Source of the DNA: Mobula birostris
Taxonomy: Eukaryota
DNA: 64,000 nucleotides
Assembly: GCF_030028105.1 (NCBI RefSeq)
Contig: NC_092379.1
Coordinates: 23,863,821 to 23,927,820, forward strand
Direction: 5' to 3'
Shown one piece after another: positions 1 to 12,300 of this stretch. The position numbers and the translations under genes were made by a program. The notes under the pieces were generated by a model. The model was not told where the DNA came from. It searched no databases and worked only from the letters and a program-made list of their open reading frames with translations. Positions within the stretch are counted from its first letter, which is position 1, and each line of letters starts with the position of its first letter.

Positions 1-109
1 CAGTTTGCTGCCCTCGTCCGCATCAGAGGTTTCAATTTTCCAAAGGATGTTAGTCTCTGTCGAGGGAACAGGTCAGCTGCAGTGAGCAGATCGGGGTAGA
101 AGATCTGTT

Positions 110-371
110 ACACACATCAAGGTTACTAGGAAGTAAGTATAGAGGAGATGAGAGCGGTACGATTTTTACATAGAGTGGTTAGTGCATGGATTGGGCTGCC
201 GGCAGCGGCGATGGAGGCAGAAACAACAGGGTCTTTTAAGAGAGTCCTGGATAGGTAGATGGAGCTTGTAAAACTAGAGGGCTATGGGTAAGCCTAGGTA
301 TTTCTAGGGTAAGGACACGTTCAGAACAGATTTTTAGGCCGAAGGGCCTGTATTATGCAGTAGGTTTTCTA
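110..371 (+). mobile_element. CR1 LINE 3' fragment (paralog at 16904-17085)
   Basis: RVVSAWIGLP...FKRVLDR-like C-terminal sequence and (TTTCTATG)n tail. Confidence 0.75.
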
Positions 372-3300
372 TGTTTCTATGTTGCTATGAGAGGCAAACA
401 ACCCTGGCGAGAACGAATGAGAGATACCTGTCAGTGGACAGGGTTAGCCCTGAAATACAGGGTCTCAGAACCACCAGCCAGTGGAGAAATATCACCCTGT
501 GAGTCAGGACGTGTGATAGCGGTGTGATAGCAGTTAGTGGACAGCGATTCACTTGTGAGACAGGAACGGAGATACTCGTCAATGGACTAGTTTCCCTTAG
601 ATACATCGACTGACAGTCTAGACAGTGGACAGATATCCCCCAAGAGTCAGAGACTGAGAGGCATCAGTTAGTGGACAGGTATCTCTCTGAGTGACAGGGA
701 CTGAGCATACTTTTCAATGGGAAGATGTTCTCCTTATAGACACTGTTCCAGAGCCACCGGACAGTGCACTGGAATGTAACAAGCAACAAAAAGAGTTGCT
801 CTACAGTTTTCTATCTGCACCCATAGCACGAAAATCAATATGAAGCACACATCCCTGCCTGGAAAAGGATGTAATATTTTCTGATAGCGAATGATATTTA
901 TCAGAGATCTGACAACATGAATTTCAGCGCCAATTCCTGGGCACGTCTCCCCTCACCATTATTAGAAAACTCTTTTACCTGTTTCAGACAGTGGGAGATG
1001 CAGAACCATCAATAAAATGACCTCAGGTGCAGAAACCATTAGCCGGAGAAGTAGTTGTAGCTTATAACAGTACACTCCTCAGTAGGTTAGCAGGCAAGTA
1101 ATGCTGAATCGGTCGTTATGAATGGAAACTCAGTGGGGAGGGAATCCAAGGTACAGATCATTAGGGTGGGTTGTTTTGTTTGCCCACATTGGTGATGGCA
1201 GCACTGCGTGTCCCAAACCTTGCACCTTCACTCAAATATAAACCGCGCTGATAGAATTACTAATCAAACCAAAGCTCACTCCTGCCCAGGTATTTTTCAG
1301 TCATTAAGCAGGTGTCATTTCTGCACAAATCAGTACAGTATCCATAGATAATGAAGTACTTTCTGAAGTGGATCAGTGTTGTGACTGAAGAAAGGTGGGT
1401 TCCAAATTACATATAACAACCTCTCTGAAATATCATTGGCGTATAAAGAGATTCGGCATTCTGGATGCTGTTTCAGGGATTAATGTTGGGATAGACAGCG
1501 GAGAACGTTCCAAAACATTGATGTCCACCCGACACAACAGCCCCATCATGGCAGTAATCAAAATGGTGAACGTCAAGAGGATCACATCATTGTCGTAAGG
1601 GTTGGAGGCTTGCCTGCTTCAGTGATTCGGAGATCTATGTTGGCTGGCGATAGAAGATTGTGCTTTGGTTCTTGTCGGGGTTACGAATGACAAGCAGCTC
1701 AGAGGTTAGGGCCCAGATTAAGTGTCACTGATCCTCCAGGATCGGGTGTTATGCACAGGGTTAGGAACCCTGACTACACAAAAAATTCTGGAAATAATAA
1801 TAACAATATATATCTCTGTGCGACGGTATTCCTGAATCTCCACGCAGGATTGCATGATTGGCAAGAATGAAAACTGAGAGGAAGCAACACTCACAATGAA
1901 GGAAATCCTGAACGTTGTCATGATCAACACCAAAATTGTTTTTCGAAATGTACGAACTATGTCTGGCTAAGCTGTTATCATTCCACCTACGAACCGCCGT
2001 GGGTGCAGAAATGTACGAACAATAGCTGAGGCAGAATAGAGAAGATAGCCAAAAACTGACACAGTTCACTTCAATGGTAAAAGTGTTTCAGCCATTTATC
2101 GTAAACTTCCGACTTGCATTTTTCGGCAGAAGTGCAATGTCACACGCTTGCACGGATTAAAATTTAATCTCCAATTTCTCGGCCCAATAACTGTCGATGT
2201 CCTGCTGTCCTGCTGTGTCAATTTGACAGACTTCTTCATTGTTCACAGGTCGGCAGTACGTCTGTTGTCGGCAAACCTAATCTTCCACCTTACATTTTTC
2301 TCCAATGATTTACATATAGCAGAAACTGCTGAGACCCCTGCGCCGTTCCTGGAAGATTGGCAATAGCCATACTTCTCCTACATCGCTACTGTCTGCCTTC
2401 CATAGCCAAGGCAATTTAACATCCAATCGATCAAGTCTCTATGGATCCTGTGCCTTAATCTTCTGGGTCATGTTACCACCCGGGATTTTGTCGGCTTTAT
2501 TTCTGTACATTTAGGTGGTATCCACCACACCGCCCGGACCGCACATGTTTGTCACTCTTCAGAAAAGTATATTCTTTTATAAGACATGGCCTCCTCGGCA
2601 TAAAACGGTTCCGACCAATAGCGCACCAGCCTTACTGACTCACATCAACAGTGGGAGAAGATGTATCTTTTTATAAAATGCCACAAACACTATCGGAGCC
2701 AACTTGCTTCAATCAGTGCTGTGAACTTTCGCCGATCCTGTGATTGCTTTTAGAGAGAATAAAACTATTTGGCTGCAGAGCCATGCAGCTTGTAGTATTA
2801 TTAATTGAGAGCTCCAACAATTGGCTTTCATTCGTGACGTCGTGTACAGTCTGTGTGTACAATTTTCAGTTCTCTTTGTGTCCTCCTGCGGTTCCGCCGG
2901 ATTATACGGTTTCCACCAATATGCCAAAGATTTTTTTTTCAGGTAGACGTTTAATTACTCGCTGTAAATTAACACTGTGGGTTTTGGAAATTATGATAAT
3001 TTGCAGGGATTATGTGGAAAATGGAGGGAGATCGCAGAAAGTGTCGACTTAAGTTTCTCTGAGGATCAAAGGTCTTCTCATGTAACACTTCGTAAATCAG
3101 CATCTTTCATAACATGCCACCAATTAAAAGCCTATAAGTGAAAATTAAGTGTCTATAAAAGAGGCGGGCATGTTCAAGGGTAATTATTTTCGTTTCTTAA
3201 TAGGAGTGAAGTAATATGTTTAATAGCGCAGCCAAGTCAAACCGGGTCAAAATAGATGGAATCCACAGTTATGGTGTTGTGGTCAAAGTGGGTAAGATTG

Positions 3301-3829
3301 CAAACGTTTGTTAGGGTGCGGATAGCATGGGGTATTTATGCGGTTATCCAGATGTCGTCATGATAGGACCAATGTTGACAAACATGCGTAGGGTCACGAA
3401 ATGTTGACACGGGCAGCTGATATTTGAATGTGCTTCTGTTTACTAGGGTCATTTAGAAGTTAGAATTGGGCCATCGACCATGAGGGTGCAGCCATAAGGG
3501 AAGCTACAAATATTAACTGCATGGGTGAGTGATTATGGAGTTGCCAGGAGTGGAGAATAGATTTCACCTGTTTCCTGAAGTGGAGGGCTTTAGATAGCAA
3601 TTGGATCCGCTTCCACAACGTCTGCTGTAGTTCCGGGAAGACTTTCAGTCTTCGCATTTTTAAATTTCTCATGTATTAACTTTGGTGTTTTCTCTTTCAT
3701 CTGAGACGCTGATTATCGTCCCTGTGACTCTCTGTGATATTATGTACTTCATCAGGTCAGCTTTCCTGCAAAAGATCATGCAATCCTTGTTTGTCTAATC
3801 TCCCCCCGTATATCATATATACCAATTCA

Positions 3830-5000
3830 GATATATAGAAATATGGAAAACCTACAGCACAATACAGGCCATTCGACCCACAATGTTGTGCCATATATGT
3901 ACGCACTTCAGAAATTACCTAGGGTTACCCATAGCACTCTAAATTTCTAAGCTCCATGTACCTGTCCAGGAGTTTCTTGAAAGACCCTATCGTATCTGCC
4001 TCCATCACCGTTGCCGGCAGCCCAGTCCATGTACTCACCACTCTCTGCATAACACACGTACCCCTGACATCCCCTTTGTACCTGCTTCCAAGCATCTTAA
4101 AACTGTGCCCTCTCCTGTTAGCCATTCCAGTCTTGGGAAAAAGCCCCTGACTATCCACACGACAAATGCCTCTCATCATCTTATACACCTGAATCAGTTC
4201 ACCTCTCAGACTACGCCGCTCCAAGGAGAAAAGACCGCTTTCACTCAATCTATTCGCATGATGCATTCTCTCTAATCAAGGCGACATTGAAAATCAAGAA
4301 GGGCAGGGGTCCCAAAAACAGATCCCCGAGGCACACCACTGATCATCGACCTCCAGACCGAATAGGACCCGTCCACAGCCACTCTTTGCCAACTGTGGGC
4401 ACTAACAATTGTCCCCTGGGATCCGATGCATCCTTGCATTCTCAAAAAGCCTTGCATTGGGTACCTTATCAAATGCCTAGCTGAAATCCATAAACAGTAC
4501 ATCTACTGACTACCTTCATCAATGTGTTTAGTCACATCCTCAAAACATTTAATCAGGCTCGTAAGATACGACGTGCCTTTGACAAAACCATACGGACTAT
4601 TCCTAATCACCTTATGCCTCTCCAAGTGTTTGATAAATCCTGCCTTTTCAGGATCTTCTCCACCAACTTACCAACCACTGAAGTAAGAATCACTGTACTA
4701 TAATTTTCTGGGCTAACTCTACTCCCTTTCTTGCATAAGGGAACAATATCTGCAACATTCCAATCCTTCGGAAACTCTTCAGTCCCCATTGATGATGAAA
4801 AGAGCATTGCCACAGGCTCAGAAATCTCCCCCCTTGCCTCCCACAGTTGTCTGGGGTACATCTCATCCAGTCCCTAACTTGATGCTTTTAAATGCTCCAG
4901 CATATCCTCTTTATTTATATCTATATGCGCAAGGTTTTCAATCCTCTGTAAGTCTTTTCCGCTAGGAGCCTTTTCCCTTAGTGAATACTGAGTCAAAGTA
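3830..5000 (-). mobile_element. CR1 LINE, internally deleted (duplicated at 41556-42720)
   Basis: LFSLERRSLRGELIQVYKMM...QRVVSTWTGLP; GVPRGSVFG; WNVADIVPLCKKG. Confidence 0.9.
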
Positions 5001-7103
5001 TTCATTAAGTATAACGTACAAATGACCCACTTCGTTGCCATATTCAAAATCTCTCCTCGTTCCTAAAATGTCGAGAACTGCTCGCAATACCAAAATGCTG
5101 CACCGTGCGATCCACCGTTCTTCTAGGTACGGTGAAGGGAGTTCAGCTCAAGGCCAATAGCCCAAACATAGGATTAAAAAAAAAAATAAAATGACCCCCA
5201 TATAAAGTGACACACTGGAGAATCACTTGCTGAGTTGGGAATGGCCTTGCGATATGTTGGTGTTGTAGAAGTAAATGAAAAGCAAGTTGGCTTCATCAAA
5301 ATAAATTCGGTAAAATAAAACTGGAAACTGTCTAGTTGCAACAAATCAGACTTACAGTATTTGGTGAAAGGGCATTGATGTGAGCCAGTAACTCTCTTTC
5401 TCAAAAAAACATATGCTCCCTGAGCTACTCAGAGTTGGCAGTGCAGGAGGCAGAATAACGCCAGTCGGGCAGATTTAGCCGAAGACATTCTACATCCCGG
5501 GAACAGCAGGTTGTAAATACACTTTTGTCTGGGTCAGTGTTCCTCGTGCACGTTATAAAAACACCGATCAAATTGAGAGCAGAGGGCTGGGATGAACGGG
5601 GGAGCTGGAGGTGCGTGTGTCAGTTTCGAAGAAATTTGCAACGAAATAACATTCTGGTATTTGTTCAAAATAATCGAGGGTGCATCACCAGATCGGATGA
5701 CATTCTGTCTGATTGTTTTCTGCATTGTATCAATTTGATAGAACTTAACGTATGGGCAATTCTAGGTATTCATCTTTTGAGCTGTGTGCGGTGCCGGGAA
5801 AGTCAGAATGAATTACTCATCTGGGTCGCCATTTGGAAAACGCTTGTTGGCAATCACGTTGATGGGTCAGGGATCATAAAGAGGCTCGGAGGCTAAGGAT
5901 GAGAGATCTCTTTCCTGAAGGATACCATAATTCTGAAAGGAAATTATTACTAATGGCGAGATTTGAAAATAAATACAAATTGGGAACCTGACTGCAGATC
6001 AAAATCTACAGCGGATTATTATGGCCTGAATTTTAATTTTTACAAGTTTGTTCTGTTTGTATCCGTGAACTGTTTTTCCATCCCCCTGCGCTACTCGCCT
6101 GATTTCATGTGCTGCCCTATTCTCCATCGCTTTGAAAATAACCTTCTGCCTGCCCACTGGATCACTCTATATATGGTGCCCGGGACAATATTTCCTCTTT
6201 ATAAGAATACGCTGTCTGATCGTTATGACCTTAATGTTTATAGATTCTGTTTTGTGCCGAATGGATCCATATTCGCTTCACTGTAACAGGGCTGTATTTT
6301 GCAACTACGTCATTGCCCGTGAACTGCTCGGGACATAATGAAAGGTGCTCTGTAAATGTCAGGACTGTATGTCACAGCCTCTTTGACCGATTCACCAGTA
6401 AAACTGGCTTATGTGGAAAGTATTTGTTAAACACACGCAGTCACGATCGAAGACGGCAAGGAATTGAACTGAGAGTAAACAGTTCCTTCTAACAGCAAAG
6501 TTCAAGTATGCCCCGTGAGTGTGTGATGGGACACTTCAGGGGAAGTTTGTCCTCTGATCCTCAAGGATCTCGTGCTCTGCACAGGGTTACGAACCCTGAC
6601 CGTTCAAAAAATTACTCTGAAAATAACAATAAAAATCAAAATCTGTCTGTGACGGTATTCCTGATCCTAAGGTTTACACTCTAATGTACCGTGCAGACGG
6701 ATCTTTCTGTGTAATCTGTAGCTGCCAGGAGAGGACATGGGAGTTGTAATCTGCATTTAACTCATGCTCTGTGTACTCTGAGATGCTAGCTGGAATCTCT
6801 TTGAGGAAGAATTCCCCAGATTAACAAGCTAAATACTGATTCCATTGAATGACGTCATTGATCAGATAATGTCTGGGCCTATTGTCTGGGTGTATTGGCT
6901 GAGCAAACCCAATAACCCCGTTGGCTCTCTTCCCTGTATCCCTACGAATGGCAAATCTCATCCTGTTGCACCTCTACACTCACTATTGGACATCACGATC
7001 GTCCAGGCATTGTGTTCCAGATCACTAACGTAAATATTTTTACTCATCGTGTGAATGAAGGATGTAAGTAATAAGCTCAATTCAATTTAATCCGGATCAA
7101 TTC

Positions 7104-7183
7104 AATTTACTGCCAGCGAGGTCCTTCCTAATAGGCGAAATGCTCACACTTCTCCGTCTCCCCATTCACCCAATATAGTAACT
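7104..7183 (-). pseudogene. JH relic with degenerate 23-bp RSS, unit I
   Basis: Minus strand reads CAT TTC GCC TAT TAG GAAGG ACC TCG CTG GCA GTA (HFAY*...TSLAV). Only 8 nt lie between Tyr and Thr, where WGxG needs 12. Heptamer CACACTT, 23 bp, nonamer ATAGTAACT. The 3' end abuts a LINE tail. Confidence 0.7.
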
Positions 7184-7494
7184 TCACTTGCCGTCACATC
7201 CACTGATCTCAGAAAAGTGTCAACATCATCCCAGACCGGCAGCAACCACTTCCTGGATTTCTCTCCGAAATTTGAGCTTGGCTTTTCCTGGCCTCTGAAT
7301 AAAAGAGGCATTTTCACAGTTTTCTTGTGTGCAGACACGAGAATCAAAGTCGAAGCCATTTGGGCTTTTAGTGGCCCAAAAATAAACATTTGCCATTTGC
7401 AGTCTCAGTCAGCCTTCCGGCATTTGACTCTGGGAGGTAGAAGTGCGGATTTCGTGGAGACAGGCTGCTATGCAGACGCTCATTTGTCGAAGTC

Positions 7495-7558
7495 AGTTTC
7501 TGTTCAGCTTCCCATCACCGTGGTTGATATCACGGTGCTTCACTGCAGGTCACAATCG
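7495..7558 (-). other. D segment (ATATCAAC, 7530-7523) with 12/12 RSS, unit I
   Basis: CACGGTG heptamers on both sides, 12-bp spacers, nonamers ACAGAAACT and TCACAATCG. Confidence 0.85.
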
Positions 7559-8332
7559 GACTTCGTCATATCCAGCCCAAATCCAATGGATCGCAGAGCC
7601 AGCCAACGGATCTATTAAACCCTCCATCTGGGTACGGGCGTCCCACAAGGCAGGTCTCGATCTTGGTCATCACGGTCCTGAAGTGGAAACGATATAACCA
7701 ACAGGGACCATTCTCTGGACATCAGTTGACAGGTCCTCCTCTGTAGTTCCGTTCGCATTGAGACTCATTTCCAGTTACCTTGTACCCATTTCTAGATTAT
7801 GCACTCCGGATCCGATATGTATCTATGAACAGGGTAACAACCGGAGAATCGAGCGAAGAGCCTAGTTAAAAGTGTTCTGATGCAGTAGATATTGAGAGCC
7901 ACCACCTCTCACACTGAGGCACACCATGAAATAGCCGATATGATACACCGACGTACGGTAACCTCCGACCCTAACACTATTCGTCAGCTGTTCACTTGTC
8001 AGTCAAATCGCACGAGAACACCAATGTTTCTCTTGTCATTAATGCTCTGCATGCCCCCACCATTTATTGTAACATGTAGAAGAAAGACAGACACCTGACA
8101 AGGTGGATCTGTGAACCCATTCCCCCTCACGGCGCTTGGCTCCGAGCTGCCGTCTGAAGCGATCCGCTGAGACCCTCGGCCCATCCATCCAGCATCTCTT
8201 CTCTGGAATCACCGCTGAGAACCCGATTTCCATTGCGTGGACGAGCGGATGTGGCCCTTAACGACCGGGATACAGCTGTGGCGATCACTACTGACCTTTC
8301 CCTCTCCGCCCTACCGGTCGGCGATTTCACTG

Positions 8333-8370
8333 GGTTTTTGTCTCGGTCTACTCCCGTCTCTCTCACTGTG
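8333..8370 (-). promoter_or_regulatory. V RSS, unit I (CACAGTG, 22-bp spacer, ACAAAAACC)
   Basis: Perfect heptamer 8370-8364 and nonamer 8341-8333; spacer counted as 22. Confidence 0.95.
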
Positions 8371-8855
8371 TCTCTCGCACAGTAATAAGTGGCCGTGTCC
8401 TCCAGTATCAGGTTGTTTATTTGCAGATAAACGGCGTTGCTGTCCTTGGAAACCTCGAATCTGCCTTCGACTCCAGGAGAGTATTTTTTGCTACCGTCAT
8501 CATATACAGCGGCCACCCATTCCAGCACTTTTCCTGAGACCTGTTTCACCCAGTGCATGTCATAGCTGCTGAGGCTGAACCCGCTGACTTCACAGGTCAA
8601 TCTGTGGGAGTGTCCGGGTTTTACCATCGCCGACTCCGGCTGTTTCATCACAATATCAGACTGCGCGCCTGTCAACAAAAGAAGAGCAGAATTTGATAAA
8701 AATGTTCCACGAGCATGGAGTCACAAAGCCTCCGAGAAACAGTCTGCCTCGGGTAGATAATAAATTGTGGGGCAGACACCTGGAAGGCAAAACAGGAGGA
8801 GACAGAAATAAGGAATGCCCGATATCTTGCTGAGCACTGAATCCGACTTCGACAT
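8371..8855 (-). CDS. IGHV: Ig heavy-chain V gene, unit I (leader exon 8855-8780, intron, V exon 8668-8371); IgW-like by inference
   Basis: V exon [96 protein letters not shown] has both Cys, the FR2 Trp and YYC. Phase-1 acceptor TTGACAG|GC. Open 76-nt leader MSKSDSVLSKISGIPYFCLLLFCLP-G with donor CAG|GTGTCT (leader assignment less certain). Confidence 0.95.
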
Positions 8856-8859
8856 TTTT

Positions 8860-9060
8860 GAGATCAGCGGCTTTAGCTGAGACCGGATTTATCGCGTTCG
8901 CCGAGAGCGCTGTTCAAATAGAGACGTTGACTGCCAGTGAGAGGAGGAGCCGCGGTTTGTAAAGGCTCCCACGCAATGAAACCAGAGACACAGATTCCTG
9001 TACCCGCCCCCAGAAGGAATTACAATTTTCGAAAATATATTTGTTTCTGCACAGGAAACA
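8860..9060 (-). promoter_or_regulatory. Putative VH promoter region (conserved upstream of all four intact V genes)
   Basis: Conserved block with a GC box (GGGGGCGGG near 9004-9011) and TATA-like TATTTGAA. I saw no ATGCAAAT octamer, consistent with chondrichthyan VH promoters. Confidence 0.45.
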
Positions 9061-9099
9061 GGTCAGCGGCAGTGAGCAGATCAGGTTTGACAGGGCTGA

Positions 9100-9415
9100 G
9101 AGTCACCAGCCAGTGGACAAACGTCACCCTGTGAGACAGGAAGTGTGAGAGACCGGTCAGTGGACAGAGATTCCTCTGAGAGACAGGAACTGAGAGATTC
9201 TAGTCAGTGGACTGGTGCCGCCCTCCCCCACACCCCACTCCCGATACAGCGACTAACTGACTAGTCAGTGGACAGATAAATTATGAGAGACAAAGACTGA
9301 GAGACTCCAGTTAGTGGACAGATATTGCTCTGAATAACAGGGACTGAGCACACTAGTGAATGGGCAGATGTCCTCCTTTGGGACACCGTTCGAGAGACAC
9401 TGGACTGTGCACGGA
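9100..9415. repeat. Degenerate ~47-bp tandem repeat (AGTGGACAGA core) upstream of V; copies at about 430-770, 17125-17455, 34625-34925, 46858-47165, 57410-57710
   Basis: AGTGGAC cores recur at about 9113, 9159, 9206, 9266 and 9313. Confidence 0.75.
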
Positions 9416-10707
9416 AATGTAATAAACAAAAAGCTCATGGTGTATATGCGATTATCCAGTTGTCACCATGTTAGGACCAATGTTGGAAAGCACGCGTCGG
9501 GTCACGAAAGGATGACACCGGAAGCTGATATTTGAATATGCTCATGTTTACAGAGGGTCATTTAGAAGTTAGAATTTGGGCCATCGACCATGACTGTATT
9601 ATCATATGTGAAGCCAGGATATTAGCTGCATGACTGAGTGGTTCTGGAGATTCCAGGAATGGAGAATAGATTTCACCTGTTGCCTGAGATGGACGTCTTT
9701 CATTACATGGAGAGTTTGAATAAGCTGAATGTAATTTCGCTGGAACTCTAAATCTAACGTTGATGAAGTTTATAAAATTGTGAGCAGTACAGAGTCAACC
9801 AGAATCTGTTTCCCAGGGCACACGAGGTTACAACCAGAGGACACAAGTTTCTGGTGAGGGGTTCAGAAAGTAAAGAATATCTTAGCGATATTATCCCATG
9901 CACGGGGCTACGGTTATTTCCAACGACTTTCTAGGTAAGGTGGGGCAGCTGATACCATACGTTGATTTAAAGACAGCTGTGAAGGTCAATGAATAGGAAA
10001 GGCAGAACAGTGATGGGTGACAAACCTACAAATGAAATGATGATATATAGGCATCTCGGGAGGCCGAGAAATCCATTTCCTGTTCTGTAAGACATTTTGA
10101 TTCTCTTCCACGGCATCCTGTACACGCTGAAATATTGCACCCTGAGGTATTATGGGACTTGCCCCTCTCTCAGTATTTTTAAGGCGGTAATAATGGTGAT
10201 CATCCTGACCTACCGGGCATATCTTCCTGCTCTGTATTTGGACTTCGGTAGAAAATTTTATTTAAGTTAATGTGTTCGTGTATTTACTCTCCAACTGTTA
10301 TTGGACGATCACTTTATACGGTCTATTTCTATGGTGGACCGTGTTTATCCCTTCTCCGCCCAATCATTTACTCGACGCTGCTTCCTCTTTATCGTTCCAA
10401 GTTCTGACAGAGACTCCTTGAACTGAAACATTAACCCAAGTTTCTCTCCTGCGGTGGATATGATCTGACCTCCTGAGCATTTCCAGATTTATTTTTGAAA
10501 TCCCAACGTCTGTTGTTTTTTTTTTCAATTTGTTATGACAATAATGTGTTTCCGGGGGTGGGTAATGACTCAAGCATTAAATTCCACAGACAGCCCCTCT
10601 TGAGATTAATAATATAAGACTGTAACACTCAGTACATAGACTATTAAAACTGTAGAACTGTATAGGCAATGCCCGTTTAGCTCGCGTCTGTATGTGGCAA
10701 TTATGAT

Positions 10708-10857
10708 CTCCCCCTCCCCCTCTCACTTTCAAATCTCTTACTAACTCTTCCTTCAGTTAGTCCTGACGAAGGGTCTCGGCCTGAAACGTCGACTGAAACT
10801 CTTCGAATAGATGCTGCCTGGCCTGCTGCGTTTATCTTCAACTTTGATGTCTGTTGC
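10708..10857 (+). mobile_element. Short Penelope-like insertion with 15-bp target duplication
   Basis: TGTGGCAATTATGAT is duplicated at 10693-10707 and 10858-10872. The insert is absent in paralogs near 36.69 and 48.44 kb. Confidence 0.75.
10757..10796 (+). ncRNA. Minimal type I hammerhead ribozyme motif
   Basis: UUAGUC-CUGACGA-[AGG/CCU stem II]-GAAA-CGUC-GACUGA. Stem I is 6 bp, helix III is palindromic ACGU, predicted cleavage after C10790. Confidence 0.8.
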
Positions 10858-11029
10858 TGTGGCAATTATGATGCTCTTTTTAAGCAGCATATCCGCCTAT
10901 AGCCTGAAAGATGCATTGTCTGTGAAATTGTCTCTTAGATGTTGCATTCATACCCGCTTCCAAATGTTCCGCTGAAGTTCCAGGTACTTTCAGTCTTCGC
11001 ATTTTTAAAAACTTCTCGTGTATCGTCTT

Positions 11030-12300
11030 TGGTATCCTCTCTTTCATCTTAAACCAATGTGTCCGAAGATATTACCGTTCCACCCTGGCGTAAATACACC
11101 GATTATCTTCCCTGTCATGCTCTCATATTATGTATTTCACCAGGTCGTCGACGGGCTTTAATGTTCAGTATAATGCAATTCTAGTTTATCTAAACTCACT
11201 TATATAACATACAAACCAATCCAGATAACATACAAGTGACCCACTTCTGTGCCATGTACAAAACCTCACATCGTTCCTAAAATGTGACGACGAGAACTGC
11301 TCGCAATACTAAAAATGCGGCCGAGCAAAAAAATTGCATGGCGGCAATTTTATTTGCTAACATTTATACTCATTGACACGAACGATAACGGGATATATAT
11401 TGTAGCTTCATTTAGCACACTCCTTCCAGAGGCGCAAAACCTTGTAGGGTTTGGAGGCTTACGTGCCTCGATGACCCTGACGGCCTGGTGCTCTGGCGCT
11501 TCGTAGGATCACTTATGCCATAGAGGTCAATCCGTATAGGCTGCGCTCCGTGCGATAGACCGGTCCTTTAGGTCCGTGGGCTGGGATTCAGCACAGTGCA
11601 ACAGCCATGATAATTGAACAAAGGACGAAGAGTTCCTCATATGAATTGACACACTGAAGAAGCACTTAGCAATCTAACACCACGACAAAACTTCTGCTGA
11701 AGCTCTAGGTTTCTTCAGTCTTCGCATTTTTAAAAAAAAATCTGTTTTATCCTTTTAATGTCCTCTCTTTCATCTTAAATAAACGCGGCCGACGATTTCA
11801 CAGGTCTACCTTGGCATTAAAGATATTATATATATCACCAGCTCGACCGACAGGCTTTATTGCTCAAGAAAATGCAATTCTAGTTTGTCTAAGCTCCCCC
11901 TCATATATCATACATGCCAATCCAGAAAACATACAGTTGACCCACTTCTGTGCCATATCCAAAACATCACATCCTTCCTAAAATGTGACGAGAACTGTTC
12001 GCAATACTGAAAATATGGTCGAGCCAAAACTTAATATAGCTGCAAAAGTATTTGCAAATACTCAATGGCAGGTGAGAAAACGGGTTATATGCTTCAGGCT
12101 TCATTTAACACACTCCTCCTAGAGATTTGGAGGCTTGCGTGCCCCAGTGATCCTGCGGGCCTTGTGCCCTGGCGCGTGGTAGGTTCACTCATACCATGCA
12201 GGTCAAATTGTAGAGGTTGCGCTAAGAGCGATACACCGGTCCTCTAGATCCGGGGGCGGGGGTTTAGCTCAAGGCTAACAGCCCTGACAAGTGAAAAAAT
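11030..12300. repeat. Internally duplicated module of ancient CR1 relic plus RTE-5'-like relic (also at about 36.9-38.1, 48.6-49.7, 62.0-63.3 kb)
   Basis: Minus-strand LQLYKILARPHFEYCEQF (degenerate CR1) occurs twice per unit, each copy followed by a GGAGGCTTGCGTGCC...CAGCTCAAGGCCAACAGCCCTGAC block. Confidence 0.65.

Noticed and set aside
2000-3200. Unique ~1.2-kb segment with several short ORFs
   Set aside because: No motif that I could assign; possibly a decayed transposon.
5525-5896. Recurrent plus-strand ORFs (MSGSVFLVH...; also 43230-43601, 19237-19512)
   Set aside because: Recurrence is explained by segmental duplication. There is no recognisable domain, and other copies are interrupted.
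7217-7800. ORFs across the D-J interval, including CLVGRPYPD and EWGDGT motifs
   Set aside because: They overlap RSS spacers and D, with stops in most frames and copies; chance resemblance to C and J motifs.
7880-7935. CAGTGTG...ACAGAACAC words as a second D/RSS
   Set aside because: Spacing fits neither 12 nor 22/23 bp.
7950-8012. Possible first D (D1) relic about 340 bp from the V RSS (GATTTGA-12 bp-CTGCTG...ATAGTG; paralogs in the other units)
   Set aside because: Position fits, but no copy has a CAC-intact heptamer or a convincing 22-bp nonamer, so it is not supportable as a feature.
8127-8370. C-terminal extension of the 183-aa V ORFs (also 45881-46124)
   Set aside because: Read-through across the RSS into intervening DNA. 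It is shorter in other copies and is not a germline-joined VDJ.
9100-9415. Repeat arrays as CRISPR-like or switch regions
   Set aside because: Eukaryotic context with no constant repeat plus unique spacer structure, and not AGCT-rich or located in a J-C intron.
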